From Atribacterota bacterium (GTDB lineage Bacteria; Atribacterota; Phoenicimicrobiia; Phoenicimicrobiales; Stramentimicrobiaceae): DNA of 64,000 bases. Location of the stretch: assembly GCA_040767965.1 (NCBI GenBank), contig JAXGNR010000008.1:70614-134613 (forward strand), in the 5' to 3' direction. Positions 20,615 through 31,595 of the stretch are shown here, piece after piece (position 1 is the stretch's first letter; each line of letters begins with the position of its first letter). The notes under the pieces are model-generated. The model saw only the letters and a list, made by a program, of their open reading frames with translations. It was not told the DNA's origin and ran no database searches. The translations under genes were made by a program, and so were the position numbers.

Positions 20615-21688
20615 ATGAATATTGGAATACTAGGTTTGCCTTTAACTGGTAAAACAACTATCTTTAATCTTTTAACAAGCCAGCACAAAGACACGGATTC
20701 TTTTTCTTCCCGAAAAACAAAAAATATCGGTATTGCCAGAGTGGCTGATAGCAGAATCGATTATTTAAGCTCTATTTTCCATCCAAAAAAGACAACTTAT
20801 GCCACTATCGAAATAACCGATATCCCGGGCATTTCTCCAGACCTTTCGGAAAAAGCCAAACAAGAAATATTAGGACAAATACAAAGCGTAGATGCTTTAT
20901 TGATGGTGGTAAGAGTATTTAAAAATGAAGAAGTAGCCGGTAGTAAAGATCCTCTTGCTCAAATAGAATCTTTGACATATGAAATTTTGTTAAGAGATTT
21001 AGAGGTTGCGGAAAATAGAATTAATAGACTTGAACAGGCAAAAAGAAAATTAACAAATCAGGAAGAAATAGAAAAACAAATATTAAAAAAATGCCAGGAG
21101 CATTTAAGCAATGACCAGTTGCTCATAACCCAGATATTTACTGAAGAAGAACAAAAAGTAATAAGCGGCTTTAGTTTTTTTACCTTAAAACCGATAGTTA
21201 TAGTAATAAATGTTGATGAAGAACAATTACAAAGCAGGCAGTTTCCCAATATTGATAAATTTGAAGAATTTATCCGGGAACACAAAATGGCCAGTATTCC
21301 TATTTGCGGGAAGATAGAAATGGAGATTAATGAATTGAATGATGAGGAAAAACTGCTGTTTTTAGAAGATTTGGGTATCAAGGAAACTGGTATTGAGAGA
21401 TTATCAAAAGTACTTTATCAACATCTGGGATTGGTATCATTCTTTACTGTAGGAAAAGATGAAGTAAGGGCCTGGACAATAAATAAAGAGACCAGGGCCG
21501 TAAAAGCAGCCGGGAAAGTACATAGTGATATAGAACGGGGTTTTATAAGGGCTGAAGTTGTAAGCTATCAAGATTTCAAAGAATTAGGAACAATGCAGAA
21601 AGTAAAGGAAAAAGGATTACTGAGAGTAGAAGGAAAAGACACAGTTATTGAAGATGGGGATATTATAAATTTCAGATTTAATGTTTAA
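20615..21688 (+). CDS. ychF: YchF/Obg-family ATPase
   Basis: GLPLTGKTT, SFFTVGKDEVRAW, HSDIERGFIRAEV, DGDIINFRFNV. Confidence 0.9.
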   Translation: MNIGILGLPLTGKTTIFNLLTSQHKDTDSFSSRKTKNIGIARVADSRIDYLSSIFHPKKTTYATIEITDIPGISPDLSEKAKQEILGQIQSVDALLMVVRVFKNEEVAGSKDPLAQIESLTYEILLRDLEVAENRINRLEQAKRKLTNQEEIEKQILKKCQEHLSNDQLLITQIFTEEEQKVISGFSFFTLKPIVIVINVDEEQLQSRQFPNIDKFEEFIREHKMASIPICGKIEMEINELNDEEKLLFLEDLGIKETGIERLSKVLYQHLGLVSFFTVGKDEVRAWTINKETRAVKAAGKVHSDIERGFIRAEVVSYQDFKELGTMQKVKEKGLLRVEGKDTVIEDGDIINFRFNV

Positions 21689-21735
21689 TTTCAGAAGAAA
21701 GGAAATTTTCAACAAAGAAAAGGTTTCTGATTATT

Positions 21736-22497
21736 ATGGAAAACAAAAGAAGTGAACAGCAAATAAGGGAAACTGCAGAATTATTAAAAAATTCAAATTA
21801 CACAGTTTGCTTAACAGGTGCCGGGGTGAGTACTGATTCTGGTATCCCGGATTTCAGGACTCCTGGTAAAGGGATATGGGAAAAGGTAAATCCAATTGAA
21901 GTGACCAGTATCGAAGCTTTTCAAGGAAACCCGGCCAGGTTTTATCATTTCTATCGTCCACGCATAGAAGGGCTCCAAAAAGTATCACCAAATTCAGCTC
22001 ATAATGCTCTTGCCTACCTGGAAAAAAATAATTACCTGCATTGCCTGATAACTCAAAACATAGATTGTCTTCATCAAAAAGCCGGTTCAAAAAATGTGTT
22101 GGAGATACATGGAAGTTTAAATCAGGCTATTTGTCACAAATGCGGTCAAAAAATTAATGCAGAAATATTGTTACAAAAAATTGACCAAAGTGAAAAAAAG
22201 ATACCCTATTGCCAATGCGGAGGTGTTTATAAACCAGATGTGGTTTTGTTTGGGGAACAGCTTGACAATCTGGATAATGCTATCGAAGAGGCTAATAAAG
22301 CAGATTTGTTTTTAGCCATTGGTTCATCGCTGCAGGTTTCTCCGGCCAATTTATTACCGGAATATACCCTGATTAAAAAAGGTAAACTTATTATCATCAA
22401 TTTCATGGAAACCCATTTGGATGAGAAGGCAACCATAGTTGTTCATGAAAATGCAGGTGAATTCTTAACAGCAGTATGTAATTATTTAGAATTTTAA
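21736..22497 (+). CDS. cobB: NAD-dependent deacylase (sirtuin)
   Basis: GAGVSTDSGIPDFR, TQNID.LH, HGS, zinc Cys pairs, GSSLQV.PA. Confidence 0.92.
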   Translation: MENKRSEQQIRETAELLKNSNYTVCLTGAGVSTDSGIPDFRTPGKGIWEKVNPIEVTSIEAFQGNPARFYHFYRPRIEGLQKVSPNSAHNALAYLEKNNYLHCLITQNIDCLHQKAGSKNVLEIHGSLNQAICHKCGQKINAEILLQKIDQSEKKIPYCQCGGVYKPDVVLFGEQLDNLDNAIEEANKADLFLAIGSSLQVSPANLLPEYTLIKKGKLIIINFMETHLDEKATIVVHENAGEFLTAVCNYLEF

Positions 22498-22513
22498 TCC
22501 TTCTAAAAAAATA

Positions 22514-23968
22514 TTAAGCTATTGAAAAACCAGCCCAGTATACAATTGCTAAATACCCAAATATAGTTACTGTCAAGAAAGACAATAATACAGCCATTAA
22601 ACCCTTAGAAAATAAAACCTGTGGATCAAGGCCGTATCCAACAGGTATAGCTCTGACAGATGTGGGTAACACAAATGCACAGTTACAGGCTACAGATGCC
22701 AGGTAGATATAAGGAATTGGGTTTAACCCCATGGATATCATGACACTGCCTACAATAGGAGTTAAAATAGCAACTGCTGCAGTATTGCTGGAAATATTGC
22801 TTAATATAATTCCCAGTAAAGAAATTATTGCGATTAGGAGCAAATTATTTGAAACATTTATCTCAGTAAACAACTGTGCAATGGTATTACCCGCTCCGGA
22901 GATAGAAATAAATTTACCAATAGCAATGCCTCCTCCAAAAAGAAGAAACAATCCCCACATCAATTTGGAAGAAGCATAATTCCAGTTTGACAAGCGTTTT
23001 CCATTATTGCCGGGAATAATAAAGGTCAGGCATCCGATTATTAAAAAAACATAAGATGGTACCAGAGATGGCAGAAGGTCCTGATATAAAGGCCGTATAA
23101 AAGAAACCACTACTGCAATTATAAAAAGCAAAAAACTTCTTTGTTCCGCCTTTGTTATTTTATCCATTTCTATATATTTTTCCTTAAAAAATTTTTTTGA
23201 TCCAGGCAGGTTATCAGTCTCGAATTTAAAACTCATCAGGTATAATAAAATAGGGATGCAAATAACTATAAGCATAGGAATCATTCTGGTAGTCCAGGTC
23301 CAGAACATATATTCTCGGCCAATAATCTGATTTTCAATATATTCGATTGCAATGAGATTCATTGCTCCACCTAAGGGGGAACCAAAACCGCCTAGCCCGG
23401 CTCCCCAGGCAATTGCCAGTGATATGGCAATACAGATTTTATTATTTTTGATTCCTTCTGACCAGCCAAGATAATTAAACATGGAAATAGCAATTGGAGT
23501 TAACACAGCAACTACCACCACATTGGGAAGAAAAATAGTCAGAATTGTAGAGACAGTAAACCAGACTATTAACTGCTCTTTAACAGTGGTTCCGATAAGA
23601 CAAAGAGCCCTTAGCGCTATACGTTTATCAAGGCCCCATAATTCCCAGGAAACAGTTATTAAATCAGCCCCTAAAAGTAGGATTATAATAGGGCTGGCAT
23701 AACTGCCGATAATATCATCTACAGGTACAAAGTTAAATAAAGAGTTAGTAATAATAGGCAGTAGACCAGTGATGCCTATATGCACCGGGCGAAATATCCA
23801 CCAGGCGGCCATCCAGAGCATTGTTCCTATTGCCCCTTTGCTGGCATAGGAAAAAGCATTCAAAGGGAGAATATAAACTATTAAAAAAAAGATTAAAGGA
23901 CCACTGGCCAGTTTAAAATAATTATATTTTTCATCATTATTGCTATTTTTATTTAATATCTTTTGCAT
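22514..23968 (-). CDS. SLC13/DASS family anion:sodium symporter
   Basis: LGGFGSPLG..MN, WGLFLLFGGG, SNTAA, CAFVLP. Confidence 0.88.
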   Translation of the reverse strand: MQKILNKNSNNDEKYNYFKLASGPLIFFLIVYILPLNAFSYASKGAIGTMLWMAAWWIFRPVHIGITGLLPIITNSLFNFVPVDDIIGSYASPIIILLLGADLITVSWELWGLDKRIALRALCLIGTTVKEQLIVWFTVSTILTIFLPNVVVVAVLTPIAISMFNYLGWSEGIKNNKICIAISLAIAWGAGLGGFGSPLGGAMNLIAIEYIENQIIGREYMFWTWTTRMIPMLIVICIPILLYLMSFKFETDNLPGSKKFFKEKYIEMDKITKAEQRSFLLFIIAVVVSFIRPLYQDLLPSLVPSYVFLIIGCLTFIIPGNNGKRLSNWNYASSKLMWGLFLLFGGGIAIGKFISISGAGNTIAQLFTEINVSNNLLLIAIISLLGIILSNISSNTAAVAILTPIVGSVMISMGLNPIPYIYLASVACNCAFVLPTSVRAIPVGYGLDPQVLFSKGLMAVLLSFLTVTIFGYLAIVYWAGFSIA

Positions 23969-24251
23969 AAATGAGTTCCTTTTTCCTTTTAAAAAGTTTT
24001 TATTTTTTAATTTTATACTTAAATAATAACAAATTAAAAAAATTATATCTCAAGCTTATCTTACTTGTAAAGAGATGTAAAGAAGAATGATTAAACAGAA
24101 GAAAAAAACCTTTGTTGATATTAAATAATTGTTTTGGTAAAATCAATTAATTATGCAATTATATTAATAAATTATTGCTAGGATGCTAGGAAAAACAAAA
24201 TAAATCTTAAGATCCAAAATTGTAATTGCAATAGAGAAGAAGGAGAATGTC

Positions 24252-25148
24252 ATGCTATATAATAGTGTTTTGAGCACCATAGGTAATACCCCTCTTTTGA
24301 GGATGAGCAAAATATCTTCCGGCAATGTTTTTGCTAAAGCGGAATTTTTAAATCCCGGAGGCAGCATTAAAGACCGTGTAGCTAAACATATAATAGAAGA
24401 AGCAATAAAAGTGGGTAAATTAAAGGAAGGAATGACCATAATTGAAGCAACCTCCGGAAATACCGGCATAGGACTGACACTTTACGGTGTACAAAGAGGT
24501 TATGAAGTTATATGCGTTATGCCGGAAAATATGAGTGAGGAAAGAAAAAAAATAATCAAAGCTTTTGGAGGAAAGATTATTACCACTTCAGCCGAAAAAA
24601 GCTTAAATGGATCCCTGGAAAAAATAGAAGAATTATTGAAACAGGAACCCGATAGATATTTTTTAGCTAATCAGTTTGTAAACCCTGTTAATCCGGAAAC
24701 ACATTATCTGACCACAGGTCCGGAAATTTGGAAAGATACCAAGGGGGAAATTGATATATTTGTAGCCGGAGTAGGAAGTGGAGGCACGCTACAGGGCATA
24801 GGCACTTTTTTAAAAGAAAAAAATCCAGCAATAAAAATTGTTGCAGTAGAACCAAAAAATAATGCTGCTCTTTTAGGAAAAGAACCTGGTTTGCATCAGA
24901 TTCAAGGGATAGGCGATGGCTTTATCCCGGCTGTTTTAGATGTCAATATTATAGATTTTGTTATTACTGTTTCTGATAAAGAGGCAATAGAAACCACACG
25001 TCAGCTTTCATTACAAGAAGGTTTATTGGTAGGTACTTCTTCTGGAGCCAATATATTTTCGGCTTTAAATTTAGACAATGGGAAAAATCGTATTGTAACA
25101 GTACTGCCTGATAGAGCTGAAAGATATTTCAGTACTGCCCTGCTTTAA
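24252..25148 (+). CDS. cysK: Cysteine synthase A (O-acetylserine sulfhydrylase)
   Basis: IGNTPL, NPGGSIKDR, ATSGNTG, GVGSGGT, HQIQGIG. Confidence 0.93.
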   Translation: MLYNSVLSTIGNTPLLRMSKISSGNVFAKAEFLNPGGSIKDRVAKHIIEEAIKVGKLKEGMTIIEATSGNTGIGLTLYGVQRGYEVICVMPENMSEERKKIIKAFGGKIITTSAEKSLNGSLEKIEELLKQEPDRYFLANQFVNPVNPETHYLTTGPEIWKDTKGEIDIFVAGVGSGGTLQGIGTFLKEKNPAIKIVAVEPKNNAALLGKEPGLHQIQGIGDGFIPAVLDVNIIDFVITVSDKEAIETTRQLSLQEGLLVGTSSGANIFSALNLDNGKNRIVTVLPDRAERYFSTALL

Positions 25149-25229
25149 TTATAATTAAAATGGTGAGTAGAAATAGATTGCTTATTATTTTGAATAATGT
25201 CCTATTTCTACTCAAAAAAACTATTTTCA

Positions 25230-26177
25230 TCATAAAAAAATATCTTTGAGAATTTTATTTGACTGGTGTTTTGCTTTTTTCATTTTATGGTTGTTGATTA
25301 TTCTATCCAATTGTACAATTATCACTGAACCTATAACTAAAAAGATGCCCAGCAATTTCCACCCTTGCAGTTCTTCCTGAAAGAAAATATAAGACATTAG
25401 AACCGCTACTATTACTTCAACAGTAGTTATGATACCGGCTTTGGATGCTTCAACCCCGGTAGAAAGTCCTTTAACGTAAAATAAATAAGCAAAAATAGTT
25501 ACCAGAATACTAAGTGAAAAAAGATAAAGCCAGACAACAGGATAATATCCTCCCTGCAGCAGGATCAAGGGCTGTGAAAACGGAGAATAAAAAAGCAAGC
25601 CAAAACCGATAGAATAAAAAACAATAGTATAAGGATGACATTTGTTAACTATAGGCTTACTTAAGATGGTTAAAGAACCAAAGGTCAAACCAGCCATGAG
25701 ACCGGTAAATATTCCCAGGTGGTTTAACTGTAGATTTCCCCATGATCCACCGGTAATGGTAAAAAAACAACCAAGCAGGCAAAATAATAAGGCGGATATT
25801 TTATTTGTGGTAAATAATTCCTGAAAAAAAATCCTGGCCATAATAGCAATAAAAACCGGTGCAGTATATAATAAAGTTACCGCAGTAGCGATAGAGGTTA
25901 TTTTAATAGTGGTGAAGTAACTAATATTGAAAAGACATTGACTTATTAATCCGATAGCAATTACATATTTGAGAAAATTTAGTTTAATTTTTAACAGGGA
26001 TTTGTCTGTGAAAAAAAGGTAAAAGAATAAAAAAATGAAGGCAAAAAACATCCTCCAGAAAATAATATTGGAAAGAGGAAGTCCTTCATTCAACAGGCTT
26101 TGCACAAAAAAACCGCCTAATCCCCAGAGACCTCCTGCTGAAACAATTAGTAAATAGCCTTTTGTTTTTTTATTCAA
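25230..26177 (-). CDS. EamA/DMT family transporter
   Basis: Ten TM segments in two EamA-like repeats (LWG, LLYTAP). Confidence 0.85.
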   Translation of the reverse strand: MNKKTKGYLLIVSAGGLWGLGGFFVQSLLNEGLPLSNIIFWRMFFAFIFLFFYLFFTDKSLLKIKLNFLKYVIAIGLISQCLFNISYFTTIKITSIATAVTLLYTAPVFIAIMARIFFQELFTTNKISALLFCLLGCFFTITGGSWGNLQLNHLGIFTGLMAGLTFGSLTILSKPIVNKCHPYTIVFYSIGFGLLFYSPFSQPLILLQGGYYPVVWLYLFSLSILVTIFAYLFYVKGLSTGVEASKAGIITTVEVIVAVLMSYIFFQEELQGWKLLGIFLVIGSVIIVQLDRIINNHKMKKAKHQSNKILKDIFL

Positions 26178-26278
26178 ATAAGATTCCTTTTAATTTCAAT
26201 TGAATTTTAATTTACCAAGTTATTATAGGTTGAAAATCAAAGGAAAGCAAAATATTTAAAAAATTTCAGGAGTGAAAT

Positions 26279-27049
26279 ATGCAAAAAGAATATGAAATTT
26301 ATGCTGTAAAATATGCCGGACCTATTGAAAGCTCAGGAGCTTTCATTATGTGGAACAAAGACTGGGATAAAAAAGTTGTCAGAAATTATTATATCTGGTG
26401 CATTAAAGGAGATGATCATACTATCATTGTTGATGCAGGTGTCTCTCCTTTAATGGCAAACCGTTTAAAATTGCCCAATTATGTAAATCCGGCAGATTTG
26501 CTTGCTCGGATTGACATTGACAACAACGATATAGAGAATGTTATCATATCCCACTTACATTTTGACCATTCCAATGGAGTAAGTCTCTTCCCTAAGGCTA
26601 CTTTTTATATTCAACAGAAAGAATTTGACTTTTGGACAGGTAGTCAGATGGCCCGGAGACCGCCTTTTAGGTTTTACCTGGACGAGGAGTCCAATGCTTA
26701 TCTGAAAAAACTTGAAGGAACAGAAAGATTACAACTGATAAAAGGTGATCAGGAATTATTCCCCGGAATCAAAGTCCTGCTAACATCTGGTCACAGTTAT
26801 GCAAATCAGTCAATAGCAGTAAACACAAAACATGGTACTGCAATTATTGGATCTGATTGCGGGCACTTCTTTAGAAATTACCAGGAAGATTGGCCCAGTG
26901 TACTCATAGTGGATTTGGTTGAATGGATGAAGTCTTTCAATAAAGTACGCAGTCAGGTTTCCTCCTTAGACTTACTTTTCCCGGGGCATGACCCTCTGAT
27001 GACTGAAAAATACCCTCAAGTAGTTGAAGGAATAACCAGACTAGTTTAG
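26279..27049 (+). CDS. Metallo-beta-lactamase fold hydrolase (AHL-lactonase family)
   Basis: SHLHFDH, GHS, SD, PGHDP. Confidence 0.85.
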   Translation: MQKEYEIYAVKYAGPIESSGAFIMWNKDWDKKVVRNYYIWCIKGDDHTIIVDAGVSPLMANRLKLPNYVNPADLLARIDIDNNDIENVIISHLHFDHSNGVSLFPKATFYIQQKEFDFWTGSQMARRPPFRFYLDEESNAYLKKLEGTERLQLIKGDQELFPGIKVLLTSGHSYANQSIAVNTKHGTAIIGSDCGHFFRNYQEDWPSVLIVDLVEWMKSFNKVRSQVSSLDLLFPGHDPLMTEKYPQVVEGITRLV

Positions 27050-27127
27050 TTTTATTGCCAAAATAGGGTGTTTTAGATAAAATATACTTTAAATATGAAT
27101 GCTTTATCAGAAAGGAGCAAGCTTCTT

Positions 27128-27355
27128 ATGCCAAACTATAATTATGAATGTCAGGATTGTCAGCATGTTTTTGAGGTTACAGCCTCAATTAAAGATATGG
27201 AGAAAGGTAGTTTCCCCTGTCCTAAATGTTACAGCAAAAAGACTAAAAGACTTTTTGACGGATTTGGTTATTGCGATAAAAGCGGAAGCAGCTCTACTTC
27301 CAGAAACAGCTACACAGCTCCTACATGAGGAGCAGGAAATGCCTGTTCTCTGTAA
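27128..27355 (+). CDS. FmdB-family zinc-ribbon protein, probable selenoprotein (UGA 27326-27328 read as Sec; ends at 27328 if not)
   Basis: MPNYNYECQDC...CPKC after an AAGGAG RBS; in-frame TGA then GAGNACSL-TAA; hairpin with loop G 24 nt after the UGA. Confidence 0.8.
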
Positions 27356-27373
27356 GAGAGCTATTTAAAAAAC

Positions 27374-27413
27374 AAGATAACCCTGCTTCTTTTAATAGAA
27401 TCAGGGTTATCTT
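27374..27413. terminator. Terminator hairpin between convergent genes
   Basis: aagataaccctg...cagggttatctt. Confidence 0.7.
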
Positions 27414-28582
27414 AATGTTATCCGCAGAATCCTGTCATCATTCTTTTGTGGAGCTCCTCGCCCGTCACGATTATTAGTCAGGACATATAAGGAGTTATCC
27501 GGTCCGACAACTGCACTACGTAAACGACCATAGATCCCATCGAACCAATCAGTAGCATATAGACGGTCAATAGCAGTTATTTCAAAAGAATCATTTTTTG
27601 GAATCATTCCAATTCTTATCAAAGCTCTACTGCGTAAAGTTGCCACAAATAAATCACCATTCCAGAAAGCTATACCTGAAGGAGGGGTAGCCTGAGTCCA
27701 CATAATAATCGGGTCAATATAAGGTTCTACATTAGCATCACCCAAAACTAAAGGCCAACCGTAATTTCCTCCCATTTCAATAATATTGATAATATCTTTA
27801 TCGCGTAAGCGAAATTCTCCGGAAGGACCGTGTTCAGAAGAAAAGAGGGTTCCTGTTTCAGGGTGCCAGGCAAGTCCCTGGGGGTTACGATGTCCCAAAG
27901 AGTATACAGGAGAATTATTAAAAGGATTATCAGCAGGGATGTCACCCTCAGGAGTTAATCGCAAGATTTTTCCACCCAAATTACTGATATCCTGGGCAAT
28001 CTCAGCCTGCCAGGTATCACCGGTGCAAATATAAAGCATTTCATCAGGACCAAAAGCAATACGTCCACCATTATGGACCCTGGAGCCGGGAATTTTATCG
28101 ATAATTACTTTATCAAATTCCATGGTATTATCTAAATCGTGATATCGGACAACCCGGTTAAAAATTTCATTGTTTTCACTATAGGTATACATAATATAAA
28201 GGTACTTCTGTTGTGGATATTGGGGATGTTTAGCCAAACCCATCAGACCGCCTTCCCCTACATGAGTTACCTCATTAATTATTTTGTAGGGTGTTTCTTG
28301 TAAAATACCATTTTCAATCAGGCGGATTAGTCCGGCACGCTCATTAACCAGAGCTCTATTTTCAGAAAGAAATACTAATTCCCAAGGTATGAACAGGTTT
28401 TCTATCCATGTTTCTACCTGGTATTCAGGAGGTTCTAAAATAAAATCATCTTCTACTTTTTGCGGTGGATTTCCTACTATCGGCAGGCTTGTCTGGGCAT
28501 ACAGTATAATTTGTCCGCTTAACAAAATACTTAAAAAGAAAACTAGAAAGAATAGATGTTTGTGTTTTTTCATATTATGCAC
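27407..28582 (-). CDS. PQQ-dependent sugar (glucose/sorbosone) dehydrogenase
   Basis: Signal peptide; GEGGLMG, HNGGRIAFGPD, GHRNPQGL, GGNYGWP, GRLR. Confidence 0.9.
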   Translation of the reverse strand: MHNMKKHKHLFFLVFFLSILLSGQIILYAQTSLPIVGNPPQKVEDDFILEPPEYQVETWIENLFIPWELVFLSENRALVNERAGLIRLIENGILQETPYKIINEVTHVGEGGLMGLAKHPQYPQQKYLYIMYTYSENNEIFNRVVRYHDLDNTMEFDKVIIDKIPGSRVHNGGRIAFGPDEMLYICTGDTWQAEIAQDISNLGGKILRLTPEGDIPADNPFNNSPVYSLGHRNPQGLAWHPETGTLFSSEHGPSGEFRLRDKDIINIIEMGGNYGWPLVLGDANVEPYIDPIIMWTQATPPSGIAFWNGDLFVATLRSRALIRIGMIPKNDSFEITAIDRLYATDWFDGIYGRLRSAVVGPDNSLYVLTNNRDGRGAPQKNDDRILRITLR

Positions 28583-28804
28583 TGAGACCTCCTTAATATA
28601 TTTATAAGGAACGTTGATAGTATCAAGGTATTGGATAAGAGTTATTTATAATATATATACTATTTTATCATAAATGGTTAAAGAAGACACAAGAAACAGA
28701 TAAGCGGGAAAAGTAAATGGTATTATTAAGTGTTTTTTATTTTATATTATATTATAATTTAAGGCAGGATTATTTAAACTGAAAAATGAAAAAAGGAAAT
28801 AAAG

Positions 28805-29521
28805 ATGAGAGTGTGGGATATCCATCCTGGTTATCTGTCAGATAAAAGTTTATTAGGAGAACATGTGGAGATACATGCTTTATACAGTATTATCTGTGGT
28901 GGAAAGAAAGGATATTCTCAACATCCTGAAACCAAAAGATGGGTAGAAAATCTTCCTCAATTAATTCTTCGCCATAATCTGGTGGTTAAAGAAATGACCC
29001 TGAGGAGTTTCAGACATAACAGTCCTCTGTTAATTCCAGAAAATATACAGAAATCAGATTATGCATTTCCAGCTAACCTTTCATATGTTGACATACCATC
29101 CCGACAATTTGCAATTCTACAAAATAAATATCTGGGGAAAAAGCAATCCGGGCGAATACCTCTTCCTGGAAAAGGAACTGATTTCTGGGCCCATCACAAG
29201 TATTCTGTAATGGCTCGAGGTTATCAGTATTATAAAGAAGTTCAGTCTTTTATGAAAGGCAGGGCAAATAAGCCTATTCAAAAAGATAATGAATTAATAT
29301 TGAAAATTCATAGTTTTCTCCAGCTTGCTGTCACTGAGAAGCATCTTTCTAATACCAGCGAACATTTGTGGGGTTATTTTAAAGAAAAAGCAAATCAGGA
29401 AGAAAAAAATAATTTTCTACAATTATTAGATAACCGTGAAAGGCTTGTATTTCTTTTTGCACTAGCCCAAAAATACCAGATAACTTATTTATTGCATTCA
29501 ACAGTGTTTACTGATTTCTGA
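28805..29521 (+). CDS. Pyrimidine-dimer DNA glycosylase-like domain fused to a DUF1722/YbgA-like domain
   Basis: MRVWDIHPGYL...LLGEH.E.H, HPET.RW; WAHHKYSVMAR, HLWGYFK. Confidence 0.75.
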   Translation: MRVWDIHPGYLSDKSLLGEHVEIHALYSIICGGKKGYSQHPETKRWVENLPQLILRHNLVVKEMTLRSFRHNSPLLIPENIQKSDYAFPANLSYVDIPSRQFAILQNKYLGKKQSGRIPLPGKGTDFWAHHKYSVMARGYQYYKEVQSFMKGRANKPIQKDNELILKIHSFLQLAVTEKHLSNTSEHLWGYFKEKANQEEKNNFLQLLDNRERLVFLFALAQKYQITYLLHSTVFTDF

Positions 29522-29607
29522 CCAGCAGGTTTAATGTTGAATTTTTATTTTAAAAAGTTAACTTAATCGATTTTTATTAGGAAAAGATAGTTTATATAAT
29601 AAGAGGT

Positions 29608-30735
29608 GTGAAAATGAAAATTAAAGATGTAAAAGCCAGTATTTTATCTTGCCCGTTAAAAGAGCCTTTTGAAGATGCCACTAAGTTTTTTGCTGAACGA
29701 AAAATGGTTCTGGTAGAAATATTTACAGATGAAGGAATAAGTGGGATCGGGGAAGCTATTTCTGCAGGAGGTCCTCCAATAATAACAAAAAATATTATTG
29801 AAAAAGAACTAAAAGAATTTTTAATAGGTGAAGATCCTCTAAATATCGGTAAGTTATGGACTAAAATGTATTATGGCACTATTAAGCACGGGCGAAAAGG
29901 AGCATTGATTGCTTCAATGAGCGGCATAGATATCGCTCTCTGGGATATAAAAGGTAAAAAATTAGAGCAACCGATTTACAAAATACTGGGAGGAAACAGG
30001 GATAAAATTCCCGCTTATGCCAGTGCCGGTTTTTATGCTAGTGAAAATCCACTGAGATACCTCTTGCAACAGGCAGAAGAACATATTCAAAAAGGATTTA
30101 AAGCTATAAAAATAAAAGTGGGAAAGCTTGGGCTAAAAAATGATCTTCTCAGGGTAAGAGAAATAAAAAAACTGGTAGGTGAAGATGTAGTAGTAATGGT
30201 AGATGCCAATACTGGTTATAATATTTATGAGGCCATAAAAATGGGCAGGCTGCTGGATTCTCTAGATATCCGCTGGTTCGAAGAACCATTTAAGGCAGAT
30301 GATCTGGAAAATTATTGTGAGTTAAGAAAAAAAATTGATACACCTCTCAGTGCAGGGGAAAACGAATTTACCAGATATGGACATAAAGAGCTTATTTTAA
30401 GAAGAGCCGTTGATATAGTTCAGCCAGATGTGGCCTGGAGCGGAGGAATATCAGAAACATATAAAATTGCTACAATTGCCAGTATTCAAAATATGTTTTG
30501 CATACCCCATAGTTTTTCTACTATAATAGCACTTGTTGCTAATCTGCATCTAAATTGCGGAATAGAAAATTCATTATACCAGGAATATGATCAGCAGGGA
30601 GATAATCCATTACGCGATGAGCTAATTAATGAGCAAATAAAGATAGACGCTGAAAGTTATGTTAGTGTTCCGCAAGGTCCAGGGTTAGGAATAACTATAA
30701 ATCAGGATGTTTTCCAAAGATATTTACAAGAATAG
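29608..30735 (+). CDS. Mandelate racemase/muconate lactonizing enzyme family protein
   Basis: SGIDIALWDIKGK, KIKVG, MVDAN, WFEEP, GENE, QPDV. Confidence 0.92.
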   Translation: MKMKIKDVKASILSCPLKEPFEDATKFFAERKMVLVEIFTDEGISGIGEAISAGGPPIITKNIIEKELKEFLIGEDPLNIGKLWTKMYYGTIKHGRKGALIASMSGIDIALWDIKGKKLEQPIYKILGGNRDKIPAYASAGFYASENPLRYLLQQAEEHIQKGFKAIKIKVGKLGLKNDLLRVREIKKLVGEDVVVMVDANTGYNIYEAIKMGRLLDSLDIRWFEEPFKADDLENYCELRKKIDTPLSAGENEFTRYGHKELILRRAVDIVQPDVAWSGGISETYKIATIASIQNMFCIPHSFSTIIALVANLHLNCGIENSLYQEYDQQGDNPLRDELINEQIKIDAESYVSVPQGPGLGITINQDVFQRYLQE

Positions 30736-30866
30736 TAGAATAAATAAAATATTTTTCGAAAATGCAGAAATATTTCTGAATAAATTGGTTTTTATCATAT
30801 AATTAATACCAATATAAAAAGACTATTTTTATTATAAAGTTTATAAAAAGGAGTTAAGGTTATCTC

Positions 30867-31595
30867 ATGGAAGGAATTAGCACTTTTGGCTGGATAACAA
30901 TTTTTGCGGTTTTATCAGCTGTAATTAATGCCGTGGGTATTTATGCCGTCTATAAAAATAAAGAATGGGCTCAGCAGGCAAAAGCCTATGTAATGTGCTT
31001 TGCAGCTGGTGTATTAATTTCAGTTCCCCTGCTGCTGGCTTTCCCTGAGGCAATAGAAAAAAATAGTTGTGCCGGTTTTGCTGCCCTGGCCGGCTTTTTA
31101 TTCATATTTTTCAGCAATAAAGCTATACAGCATAAAACAAAACAAAAAACTCTTGCATTTGGCATTACTGCTGTTGAAGGAATTGCAATTCATTCTTTTA
31201 TGGATGGAATTATCTATACTGTAACTTTCAGTTCAAGCATTTACGTCGGTTTTTTAACAGGCATAGGTTTAGTTATTCATGAATTTGCTGAAGGAGTAAT
31301 TATTTTTTCTGTTTTACTAGCTGCTGGGATCCAGGCTAGAAAAGCAGTCATCTATGCACTGTGTGCTGCCTCTCTCACAACTCCATTAGGGGCTTTTTTA
31401 GCCTATCCATTTATTGCTCATTTACAGGATAGTTTTTTAGGTTTACTGTTAGGTTTTGTAGTGGGAGTATTAATTTATATATCTGCCTCTCATCTATTAC
31501 CGGAGGCTGCAGGTCATCAGAAAAAGCACTCTTTTGTTGCTTTATTAGCAGGAGTAATGTTAGCATTTATAATTGTAACTATCGAAATGATTTAA
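30867..31595 (+). CDS. ZIP family metal transporter
   Basis: FAAGVL, HSFMDG, HEFAEG, HLLPEA. Confidence 0.9.
   Translation: MEGISTFGWITIFAVLSAVINAVGIYAVYKNKEWAQQAKAYVMCFAAGVLISVPLLLAFPEAIEKNSCAGFAALAGFLFIFFSNKAIQHKTKQKTLAFGITAVEGIAIHSFMDGIIYTVTFSSSIYVGFLTGIGLVIHEFAEGVIIFSVLLAAGIQARKAVIYALCAASLTTPLGAFLAYPFIAHLQDSFLGLLLGFVVGVLIYISASHLLPEAAGHQKKHSFVALLAGVMLAFIIVTIEMI

Noticed and set aside
27099-27368. 89-aa alternative-frame ORF, and the 27095 start for the zinc-ribbon gene
   Set aside because: The 89-aa ORF overlaps the FmdB-family gene out of frame and has no motif; the AAGGAG RBS supports ATG 27128
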